Origin: Lepidodermella squamata
Lineage: Eukaryota; Animalia; Gastrotricha
Direction of reading: 5' to 3'
Assembly (NCBI GenBank): GCA_047495785.1
Contig: JBLDXI010000020.1
Coordinates: forward strand, 2,418,001 to 2,482,000
DNA: 64,000 bases
The position numbers and the translations under genes were made by a program. Positions 38,731-50,405 of this stretch are shown in pieces. How positions within the stretch are numbered: position 1 is the stretch's first letter; every line of letters begins with the position of its first letter. A model generated the notes under the pieces. It was given only the letters and a program-made list of their open reading frames with translations. It ran no database searches and was not told where the DNA came from.

Positions 38731-41507
38731 GAGCCTATCTCCATTCCAACCACATTTCACTTTCGTTCACTTTCACTAATCTAATATCAGATTTCAAACT
38801 CGCCAAATTCAACAGTCAATGCTAGTAGTCATTCCAAGAATTTGCACTTTGTCGATTTTAGGCGACTAACAAGCTAATACGCCGAGCCTGACATTTGAAG
38901 ATTTCACGTCGCTATACTTTCGACCAATGATGAAGTCGGGTTCGCATCTTAGTGAGATGGATGAGACGACTGACGGTTCTATTCATCACTACACGAATAT
39001 GATTTCACGAAAGAGTAAGGTAGAGCAGGTCGTGCGGGGGATAAAAACTAATGATAAAGAGTCGTTAAAACTGAGCCGTCAAGCTGATGGGACCATTCTC
39101 CGGACCCAGAATACGATCTCCAAAAAATGATAAATGGTGTTCAAAAAATAATAAGGAGTTATATATAGCATTGATTCGGGTTCTTCGCGATAAAAGCTCG
39201 CATGTCGAGAAAACAAGGAGTGTTAGGCATTCATCACTCAGGACACGTTTTCAGAAACGCCAGACCAAACTGAGAAAAATGATGAATGGGTGGATGCTAT
39301 GCCCTGCCACCAATTCGGGCGATTTAAAAGAGCTTGCGTTTATACGGGAGAAAACATGTCCTCGATACTTCTGTGTTAAGCGCAGGGATAGCACAACAGT
39401 ATACAGAAATAAATGACGAAAATAGAGTTATGAGGTATGATCCATGTGGTCCGCCCGGACACCTACTCGATAAAAATCGCTGCAGGTGGGCAGCTTTGTG
39501 ATGAGAGGTCGAGCATGCCAGCAATGAAGAAGTCAGTTTGGCTGAGAGCCTTGGAGCCAAAGATGAGGGATAAGTGTTTTAGTCGATCTTGCTATTCGAC
39601 TTCGTGGGCTAAAGGCTGCATTTGTCGGAGATGCGGAGTGCGGGATTCACAGGTAGATTCAACTCGTCGAGACACTCGACAGACGCTTCACCGTGGCTCA
39701 GGAAGGTCATTTTGTTTCCTCCAATATGTAATTTGTCCCTGAGCAACAAGGTGAGTTGAAATGCAAAATGCAAGACCATGCTCTAAGAAGCTCTATCTAG
39801 CAAATATCTTACTACGTTGATGACCCTTCCGTGCATCGTGCATCAATGTCTAATATAGTCGAGGCACAATGTAAACTACCGCAACACAGTACTTCGCAAT
39901 AATGGGAAATGGAAATGTAGATAATGTATAATGTATGGTGTAACAATCATGACGCAACATAAGCATTAACCAATCAAAAAACCTATGCGTTCAATTGGGA
40001 GGACAAATGTTGGAAACGAATTAAGAATTCATATGCTATTCTAATTTGTGATAAATTAAAGCTAGGAGAGAGCTCAAAGCTTAAAGACACCATACACCAT
40101 TTAAAAACACGGTTTTGTCTAACTCTTTCTTTCAAAGAACCCGGCGCGCTCCGCTATGACACTTGGGACTTCAGACACAAGTGGAATCGCCATGTTATAT
40201 GTATCATGTCTCTTCGTGTCCTTGCCGTCCATTTTCAGTTTTCTAGCTACAAAGATTTTAAATCCGGAATTCAACTTCCAGCAAGGCAAACAAATCATCA
40301 TTCAAAAGAGAATGTAATAAGAGCCATTCCACCATGCACAGACCAGAGACCATAGAGACAGTTTCGCGAAGTCAACCGACGCATCGATCGACGTGATTTT
40401 TTAGATAAAATTTTAAAACATCGGTCGCTTTTAATAAAAATATTTCTTTTTGATTTTGGAAACAATATCATTTTAAAAATTCTTTCGAAGTTTAAAATAT
40501 TTAAACGATAATTAATTTAGCTGCAGTATATTTGTCATTAATGGTTAACTTTCGCGAGCGTTTTTGTCCCCGAAAGTCTTTGACACCTCTGTTACCTGTT
40601 ACCTGTGACAATTAGCAATAAATTATGATTGTTTCATTTTGTTGCTGATTAGGAAAATATTATACGCTTGACTTATTCAAAGACTTGATTCTTGGATTCA
40701 ATACCAATGATGAGGTTCTTGAACCGGTGGAAACGACCCAGTAGCCATTTGCCGCTGCAGAATCATTGTTGCTCAATCGGCCAGGCCGAGAGCCACATGG
40801 AGAGCCCTAGTTCCTCTGCACAGACGCACACAACTCCACATCACATTTTTTGAAAATTGAGGCAATCGTTTTTTTTGAACAACTTCCATCAGCCATCAAA
40901 TAATTTAACGCAAGACGCAAGTAAACCAAAAGCCTTGTCGTTCTTTTCATGCAATTTTAAGTATAGACGCCTTATGCAGAACAAGGTGAATAAGGCGTGA
41001 GAGATGCACGAGAAACTTTATGAATGGAAACATCCTTTTCAGTCGCTTGCGAATGAATATCACGCACACACGAGGTTTCCTCGCAACGCTAGACTCGCCT
41101 TTTAATAGGCAATATTTTTACGATGTTTCCTTAGGAACAACTCACCGGGTAATAACTTATTCTGCCGCGGCGTATTGCAGGATTTCCGGATAACTAGCCA
41201 TTATCTAATTTGGGTTGTGTCATATTGTTGTCCCCGAATCTTTGCAGCGAAACTTACAATCCTTGGATTGACTAATATAAATTTTCCACTTTGAAACTAA
41301 TTGCTATCTTATGTAGGTAGGTAGTTGCCTTATAAAAAATTACCTTATAGGTATAGTAATTAGTAATTTAAGTAATAAGTCATCATTACAATTCTAATAA
41401 ACAGATTAGGGCAGCCTATTTGTATCTGATTTCACCTTAATAAGCTTTTAGATGATACTTTTATATTAAATGATAATGAAATAATCAAACAGTTGTGATA
41501 TTAACGT

Positions 41508-44500
41508 ATGGCGGACGATGACGGCGAGTATCATGTCCCAGTTGGAATTCTCGTAGCGGCCGCCGTAGTGGGTGTTATCTTTATCGGAGTTGCAATAGGC
41601 CTTTGCTGCTATTTCTGCTTACCCCGCAATCACAAGTGTCGGCGGATCTTTAAAACCAACCGAAGATCGCAAACATCACCCGTAGATGGCCGCCCATCAT
41701 TGGTAGAAGAGGAAAACTGTTGTGCCTCTTGTTGCCAGTGTGGGTCTCGACCTCCACCATGGCGCGAGCCATACTCACCGACTCCCAGTGAGCAAGCTCG
41801 AGGATTTATTCTCATTGACCCCTATATTATTACAGTGGACAATGATAACAGACATAGACCGCCACGCAGGCGCAGGGAGGACGATTGTTGCAAGAAATGC
41901 TGCCAGCCATGCTGCGCTTCTACGTCGGCTGATTGTTGCAATAATAAATGTTGCTATCCATGCTGCGTTCCTATACCGACTGCAATCCCTCAGACTCGGC
42001 CTCCACCTCCAGTTATAAATACAATACAACCGACACCCATTCCTCCTATTGTTCCAGTTCCCATTCCAACCCCAGTTGTTGCTCAGCAGCTATTTTTCAC
42101 TCGTCAGCTTTCCGAAAAAATTCTATCAAAAATTCCTGATAAAGCTGTTTTTGAATGCGAACTCAATCAGCCCAATGCGACAGTGAGCTGGACAAGAAAT
42201 GGATTCCCAGTAGATCGCCGCCGGGCAAAGATCGAAAGCATTGGCCGCATTCATCGGTTAACTATTGACAAAGCCGATCCTGGAAATGATGAAGGGACCT
42301 ACGAATGCTCTGTAATTCCAGCTCAACCCTACAACAACTTGTCCTCATATCCGAAAACGGCTGGTGAATTGAAATTTCGAATAGTCCCGACAATGCAGCT
42401 TGACAAGTATCTAAACAAAATTACCGAAGTTAAGGTGGGTTCTGTGGTTTATTTCCACATACCTTTCACGGGGCAACCTCGACCAAAAATAACTGCTAAG
42501 CTCAACGGTAAGCCATTGCCCGACGTTTCAAGAATGACTATATCGGATGCTGGTCGGGAGCAAGTTGCTATCTTCACGATAAACGATGCAAAACGGAGTG
42601 ACTCAGGCACGTATACTATCACTGCTGAAAATGATAGTGGCAAAGTTGTCGGCGATCTTGTATTATCAGTTAAAGGTAAGCTAAATCGATATTAATTTTT
42701 CCGAAATGAACGCTTCTGTTTTAAGATCGACCGTCACCACCCAGAGACTTCAATGCATCGGATACCTTGGCAAAATCGACCAGGTTGAATTGGCTGAAAC
42801 CAGCTGATGACGGGGGTTCACCGATCGAAGCCTACGTTATTGAACGTCGATTCGATTCGGGCCCTGGCAAACAAACAGACCATCCATGGGAAACTATTGG
42901 ACGCTACACCCCAGAAACTCTACAGGCTTTATTCGCTGATTTGAAGCCAAACAGTCCTTACTCATTTCGGGTCGCAGCATTTAACAAATACGGGGTCTCA
43001 GATTGGACAACCCTGGTCATGACTGCTAAACAAGGCATTGAGCTTCCCGGCAAACCGAACGTCCCGCATATAGCTGAAGCATCTGCTTCTCGATGCCGTG
43101 TGAACTGGTCGCCACCTGCCTCTGACGGTGGCGCCCCTATTAGCAAGTACGTTGTCGAGTTCGCCGAAGCGGGCACGAATGATTGGCAACCCATACCGCG
43201 TCAGCCGGCCTCGACGTTGCCTCCCTTGTCAGTTCCAGTGTCAAACCTGGTTGAAAACAAGAAGTATCAGTTTCGAGTCGCAGCTGAGAATTCAGCTGGC
43301 CTTGGGCCGTTCAGTGATCCATCTAGACCAATGTCAGCTAAAAACCAGTTCAACCCGCCGAGCAAGCCTGATCCGCCACGTGTAACTGAAGTTTTTCGCG
43401 ACAAGTGTCGCGTCGATTGGCTACCGCCTCCATCGGATGGTGGCAGCGCGGTCACCAGCTATTTCGTCGAGAGGGCTCCAGCTGGCACCAACGCCTGGGA
43501 ACCTCTGCCTAAGATCTCTTCAAATCCTCTTCCACTTACTACGCCAGTAGCTGGTTTATCTGAAAATGGCGAATACCAATTCAGGATAGCTGCAGAGAAT
43601 AAGGCTGGGCGAGGGCCATGGAGCGACCCTTCTAAAGCAATAACTGCGAAAGATCCGTGGCAAGTCCCAAGTAAACCTAATCCGCCGAAAGCTTCCGATA
43701 TATCTAAGGCTAATTGCCGCTTGAATTGGGAGCCACCATTGAGCGATGGTGGTGCGCCAATTACTCGGTATCTGATCCAAAAAGCTCCAGTTGGAACGAA
43801 TAATTGGGAATCGATACCAACTTTCACATTTCCGACTGCTCCTCCACCTACGTCTCTGCCAGTTGATAGGTTGGATGACAAGAAAAAGTATCAGTTTAGA
43901 GTTGCTGCGGAGAACAAGGCCGGCCATGGTCCTTTCAGTGACCCTTCAGATCCCATTGCACCCATAGATCCAACTAAAGTGCCCAGCCGGCCTGGTCGGC
44001 CTGAAGTTACAGATTTGACTACCAATTCGGCTAAAGTCATCTGGTCACCTCCTGCTTCTGACGGTGGAGCGCCTATTACCGATTATGTCTTACATCTCCA
44101 GCCGAGCAATAAACCGGATTCTCAGGCGGTGGATTTACCTGTAGGTAAACCAGCAACTAATCACGTGCTCAAAAATTTGAAACCCGACGAGACCTATCAA
44201 GTGAAAGTTCGCGCGAAAAATGAAGTCGGTTTAAGTGAACCTAGTGAGCCAAGTGTCCCAATTCGAGTCAGGGTTCCTACGCCGCCTCCTACGCCGAAGA
44301 AAGTCGAAAAGGATGCGCCACCCTCTGATTCAAAACCTCCTATAAAGCCGACACCAATACCCCCTGTTATCGTGCTTCCGGTAGCTAAAGCTGAACCAGT
44401 CAAAGAAACGAAACCAAGCCCGTCTCCGCCCGCAGCAAAATCACCAGCTCCAAGGTCTACCCCAGATCAAAAGCCGGAGCCACAACCGCAGAAGCGGCTG

Positions 44501-45106
44501 CTTTCTCCGCCAAGGCAAGAGCCGCAAAAAGTAGCTCAAACAAATCCGAAGCCCGAGGCAAAGCCGCCGTTGCAACCCGAACCTAGAAAAGAATCGAAGC
44601 AGCCAAAGCCTGTGACAAGACAGCCACGGCAACCTGAACCTAGGAAAGAGCCAAGGCAGCCAAAGCCTGAGACGAGACAACCACGGCAACCTGAACCTAG
44701 GAAAGAGCCAATGCAGCCAAAGCCTGAGTCGAGACAACCACGGCAACCTGAGCCTAGGAAAGAGCCAAGGCAGCCAATACCCAGGCGAGAGCCAGCGCCA
44801 CCCGTACCTAAAAGGGAACCTCGTTCAAGATCTGAGCGACCTTCTAGGCCAGTATCACTACCCACTAGGCGAAAAGCAGCTTCAGTGCCACGCACACAGC
44901 CTGTTGTTTCAAACAAACGAGTTCGATTCACTGCAGCTCCAAAAGCAGCAGATTTTGGAAGCCGGTACGATACGCCACCGAAAAAGCCCAAAAAGGACAG
45001 ACTAGATCGTCTCAACGATCCAAAGCCGGAATTTACCACCTTTTTCGGCATGCAGTCGAACTCGCTGAATCGACACGACATTATGCGTAAAGTTACCCAG
45101 TTTTAA
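41508..45106 (+). CDS. Single-pass membrane protein: TM, Cys-rich, Pro-rich, 2 Ig, 5 FN3 (titin/twitchin/MyBP-C type), PEVK-like tail; exons 41508-42675 and 42726-45106
   Basis: Hydrophobic helix VPVGILVAAAVVGVIFIGVAIGLCC. I-set Ig motifs AVFECEL...VSW..NG...HRLTI...DEGTYEC and IPFTGQPRPKIT...KRSDSGTYTI.AEN..G. Five FN3 domains with W.PP.SDGG.PI..Y and Y.FRVAAEN.AG. The splice VK G|gtaag..aag|AT gives the canonical VKDRPSPP linker. Confidence 0.88.
44573..44777 (+). repeat. Coding tandem repeat with a 57-bp unit (QPEPRKEPRQPKPETRQPR), about 3.5 copies
   Basis: Near-identical units caacctgaacctaggaaagagccaaggcagccaaagcctgagacgagacaaccacgg. Confidence 0.9.
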
Positions 45107-45468
45107 GAGCGGATTAATCAAAAAAGGTGCCGAACACATTTTCGAAAAAAGAAACTGGCTGAATTTCTTATTATATTTTATTGCTGTTATTAGTGTGTTA
45201 TAATTATTATATCAATGAGATGAAAAATGATGCTCATAAATTCTATGTACTTCCGCAAAGAAATTCCAAGTAAAATTTTATCAATGTGACCAAAAAGAAA
45301 AAGAACGATAATTCATTGGATGACATAATAGTGCCGAAATAACTGTATTGCATCAGCAGTAAACCGGCTTCAATAAGCAGGAAAATAATAAGAAAGATCG
45401 CTCACATCAAGAATCTAAAACAATCTGGCAAGACATTCAAAACGATTGATCATGGAAAAAATTGAGAG

Positions 45469-47797
45469 TTATTGATGATGAGCAGTTAGAGCAACACGAG
45501 GTGATGGCGCTTCAATGCCATTTGCATCAACTTGTATACGCCCGATAGCTTCGGACAACAACCGCACTTCGAGATCAGCGTTAGGGTTTGTTTTGTTGCG
45601 AAACTCAATATTACCGGAATTGGCCAAGAACAACAGAGATACTAAACTGCGAGCACCTTCACGGCGAATGCTCAAATTGAGCTTTTCAGCGTCGGCGTTT
45701 TTTCCCTCTTTATCTTTCACCATTTTCATCACGGTTTGTTCTAGAGAAAACCACTTCTTCTTGCCAGTTTGCTGGCCAACAGCGACCATTTTCGCGCAGT
45801 AATCATTGACGTCGAATGGGCTTCGTTCGATAGCGCTTAGGCGGTTCTCGACGTAGCGATCCCACTCCTGGACGCGTTTCAGCCTGCTTTCGTCGAAAAC
45901 ATCAGGCGGCAACATTTCCTCCAAATTTTGGACCTCAGGCAAAGGCTCCAATCCACCGTTCATTTGATTATTATCACCAGCAAGACCTGGCAGGTCAAGA
46001 GGAGGCTGTTCACCTGAATCAACAGGCGGCTCTTCATTATCGCTCTCGTCATCCTCGTTACCAAGCCCGCCTTCTCCAAAAACTTCTTGCGTGAGCGGAA
46101 TTTCGACGTCATCTCGCAGCGCCTCGGCTACCTCGATTTCATTTGTTGCTTCTCGTAATTTCGACGCTTGAGACTTTCGGCCGCATGCAACTAGTACGTT
46201 GTCGTTGAATTTTTGAACCATTTGCTCGGACAGCTCGACTGATACCGAGTCGGCAATACTAGCCGGCATTTGAGCGGGCGGTTTCAATGGCGGCATATCT
46301 GATTAAAATATAATTTAAATAACTCCTTTATCAACAATTATTGAATTACGTTGACTGAAAATATCGTCGGATTTGTTAGAAGTAGAAATGTTAAGTTTCG
46401 TGGCACTAGCCGATGACCCGTCTTTTTGCTTCTGGTTCGGCAATTTGTACGGTTTTCCTGGTGCTTTAGCCAACGGTTTTGATTTCTTGGCCTCCATTGA
46501 ATCGTCGTACGGATCAAGGCGGGTAAGGAATTTATTGACATTAGCAGCGCCGACTGTCTTAGTTCGAACAAGACGCTCTTTACTAGGCATTGATTCTTGA
46601 CTGAAAATGTCCTGGCTAGGGTTCAAATCGGAATCCCAGAGAGGTTGCGGGGCGTATTCTGGCATCGAAGATTGCTGGGAGGCGAATTGAGATTCGGGTA
46701 AAGCAGTAGATTGGCTCGGAGGGTCTTCGATCATCAGATTGGGACAGAGATCTGAAACAAAAGTTACAGCAATTGAACATGCAATTGAGCTAAAACTTAC
46801 TCAAAACTGGTTCGCTACGGGATTCGAGTTTCACAGGTTCGGTAAAAAATGCGTCATTATCGATGAAACCGGGATCTTCCGTTTCTTCGTCATCGTTATC
46901 TACATCCATCATTTCCATGGTCCGATCGGGATTAGCCGATGTTCCTTCAAGCAGACGCACGACTTGCTCGACATCAAAAGTGTTCGAGTAGAAATCGCAA
47001 TAATCGCCAAGAGCGTCGCCATTCACACTGAAATTGGGCAAATAATGAAGAGAAACTCTTTTTTCAGGACTACGAACTTTTTAATCTGAATTGCTACAGG
47101 TAACCGATACACAGGGTGTAGGTCGAAATTGATTCGAGGCCGTAAAGTGTTTTTTGTATCGATGTCGCCGCTATTTTTGTGCAGATCTATATTCTCGCAC
47201 TCGGTTACAGTTACCGGACGGAAAATGTCTTTCGGAGATCGCAGGTCTTCCAAGGTCCAACCGGCAGTCTTTTGCTTTTGCTTTTTCGGCACATTTTCGG
47301 GCTGCGTGGGACCATTGCTGTCTTCGCTATGAATATCATGCATGTCTGCTCCGTTTTGATCCGACTCCCTGCACAAAATTACGCAGGGTATTACTTATTG
47401 AGTTTCAAATGTCTCAAACTAACTTATTGCCAGTTACGGCACGTTGTAAAATCAGGTGGAGGAAATCGTCCAAACTATCGACCTAGTAGTGATATTTTTG
47501 CAAAATTATGAAATTACCTCATGAATGTTTCTTACCTTCTTTCCCCATACTTTGGCAGCCTTAGAGACAATGAAAGCGGGCTCAGTGAAGTTGAGCTTAG
47601 AGTAACCATCGTCAGCGGACAAACAATCTTGGAGCTGAAACAAGCAGTAATTTTATCCAACTGAGGCAATTCTAACTTGGACAAACTCTTTTCGAATATT
47701 CCTCCAAATATTGTTCCAATGGAATCTCCCAAGCTTGGGCGTGATTCTTCTCATTCAGCAAATTTTCAAAATTATCGGTGAAGCTGTCAGATGACAT
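45469..47797 (-). CDS. NCAPH2: Condensin II kleisin subunit CAP-H2, multi-exon
   Basis: Spliced N-terminus FENLL....AQAWEIPLEQYLEEY...LNFTEPAFIVSKAAKVWGKK|VDSL. Middle LDPYD....KP...GKPYKLP. C-terminal VQEWD....RL.......FDV.DY...ARSL.SLL.LANSGNIE. Confidence 0.85.
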
Positions 47798-48141
47798 ATT
47801 AATTAATCGATTCTAGAACAGTAATCATCGATATTTGCAAGAGTGTAGTGATAAACAGCCTTTTTCGTATTACTCTATTTATTTATACCAAAATTCAACA
47901 TTTATAACATCTGAAATTCTGCCTGATAGCAGATTCCACGGATGAGAGCGGATGCTAGGCAGGCAAAAATTTCAACGCTGGTATGACAAGAGAAATTATG
48001 GCCTAATTTACTAGTGATAGCGTGGTACAACAACAAACACGTTGACATATGAAATCTGGACGCGCCATCAAATTTTTTTATCACCGAGGCGATAGAACAC
48101 CCGAGTTCAGTCCCTCTGAAATTTCTGAAGTATGAAGAGAA

Positions 48142-48501
48142 TTAAAACGCGCCTCCGGTCTGCTCCTGAACCACGTCGATACAATCACCATCTTCCATGT
48201 CCAGCTGCGTCGGAGTATCAGTCTCGTTTAGACGCTTGCCGTCAAACATGAAGCGAACCATGCCACCTTTAAGGCCAGCTCGGTCACAGTAGGCGTTCAT
48301 CAGCTTTCGAAGAGGGGTGTTACGCTTGATTTTGAAATGAACAACGCTACCGTCACTTCCAGCAACCTGAAAACCAAGTTAATCAACTAATTTGTCGCTC
48401 GCTCATTAAATTACCTTCAGGTTAAGGTGCTCAGACTCGCCACCACCAGCTCCGCTCGCTCCATAATCATCCCCAGCACCGTCGTTACGTTCATCAGACA
48501 T
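48142..48501 (-). CDS. SUMO: SUMO (SUMO2/3/Smt3-like), exons 48415-48501 and 48142-48366; not in the ORF track
   Basis: MSDE...EHLNLK|[29 protein letters not shown]...[38 protein letters not shown]. Confidence 0.96.
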
Positions 48502-50405
48502 CTTGAGCAGTTAAGACCAAAACACGAATATAAAACTTGATATCTATTATCGAATGTAATATTATTATTATATTTCCGAGCAACGATGCGATGAAAAAAT
48601 AGACAATGACACTATTTTCAACCAATATATTTCTCAACATTTGCAGGGGCGGAGATAAGGGCTCGTAAAGGGCGGTAATGTTACCTCTAGCACGCGCTCC
48701 GCAAAATGGACGTGCCGCACCATTTATGTGGAATTCTTTTAACGCTTTTGAACTTCAGACCAATGACACTCCTAAATGGCGTAACGAGGTCAAAAATGTA
48801 CTATTTAACATGCTTACTTAATACTAGAGTACCACTTGAAATAGGATGAACACTCTAGACGGCAGAGCTATAGCAATTACAAGCCTCCTATTATTAAACT
48901 GATAGCTGCTATTAATAAATGAATTAAAAATTGGACCGTTGGAAAAGCAATGAAATCCGGCATCGTTTATAATTTGTGCACGATTGAAGAAGCATTGCGT
49001 TAAGACTTCTTCGGTCAAATCGTTTAACTGAAATAAAAAACCCGATTGGTGCTTTCCTCGCGTAAGATAAGTTGAACACAATTCAAGTGCCCGAGAGCAA
49101 ATCATTGCTTAAAATCGGGAATGACATTAAATTTCTACCCTCCCTTCACTTTCCAAGAACGACCAAGACACTTTCCACTCCACGCATCCACCCGTTTTCA
49201 AAACTACAGAATTGATGTCGATAAATGATGAGGGTTAAGGTTTAAGATTTGTTTGTTGGTTAGCCTCTCTCTTGGGACAAATAGACATAATTTGAATTAA
49301 TCAAATAATTTAGAACGCAGACTTTGGCTTTGATCAGCAATGCCTGTATCCGAAACTTCAAGATAGGATTTGCCGGTGATGAGGGAAAATGAGAGCGACT
49401 CATTGGGCTCCGAGCTTCGAGTCATATCTATTTTTGGAGGCTTCCACGCAGAAACGGATCGAAACTGCTTACTTTCACGGTAACACCAGAGAAATTAATC
49501 AAAGAAAATTCCGTGAATTCCGCGAAACCGTGATTAACTTGCGCCTTTATCTGCGATAAAAACACCTCGACAGCAGCTAAGAAATCGTTACGATGGTTAA
49601 TCAAAAGAGACCATAGATAATGGTACAAAAGGGGAGAGGGAGGAGATCCGACTTGAAGGTTAAGATTGTGATGTAAGACCTCATCACCAAGCAAGACCTC
49701 ACGTTTCTCGCACCGTCGCCCTGCTGAGGTTTGCCCGCGCAAACTGAAAATTCAAAAATTAAAACTATAAATTGAATTATTAATATAATATTTTTTGTTA
49801 AATCAAAATTTAAAATTATTATAATCTAGGTGTGAAAGATTTTTGCCACAAGATCCAAAATTCTTTGTTTTGAAAATGGCGCACTTTTTGTTGATTGACG
49901 ACGGCGACGACGACGGGATACCTTTGCCGACATCCGATACCCGATTTGCCAAATTAGCATTCTGAACGAGCTCCCCTGTTCAAGATAATGAGTGAAATTC
50001 GTTTGCATGGCTTCCGATTGCCGATATGTTGCCGATATCTAACGCTATGTTTTCTCTATCCTCAAGTCTCAAATCTCCGCTCGTTCGTTTGTTGATTATC
50101 GTTTCATTCCAGGATGTTAGGTCATTTAGCTGCAGCTAACTCCTGACTCCTACCATCTACCATATCCCATATTCTTAATCCAAGGGTTCATTTGCCGACA
50201 AATTTGCATTAAATTACTGCATTTGAGTTATTGCGACTCGATCAGCTAACTAGCTATTGACGCAAGCCGCATGGCTGAAGGTTGTCCTAGACTGGTGGCT
50301 GCTGGCTTGTATTAGCATAAACCATCAACCCACCTTTCAATCTCTTTCTGTTAAGTTTAGCAATGCATAACACTCTGTTCATTCTGTGCTGTAGGATTTT
50401 ATTTG

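Noticed and set aside
40706-40740. ATGATGAG-stem-GAAAC resembling a hammerhead core, C box or SECIS
   Set aside because: It lacks CTGA at the core start, stems I/III, a matching D box and the SECIS GA quartet.
41142-41163. TCACCGGGTA..., a miR-36-like start
   Set aside because: The upstream sequence pairs poorly.
44441-45081. Repetitive minus-strand ORFs (GSGCRGCL, PWLSRLRL)
   Set aside because: These are antisense shadows of the 57-bp coding repeat.
49428-50008. Minus-strand ORFs of 104 and 60 aa between SUMO and Myb
   Set aside because: No domain is recognisable and there is no convincing splice join or start.
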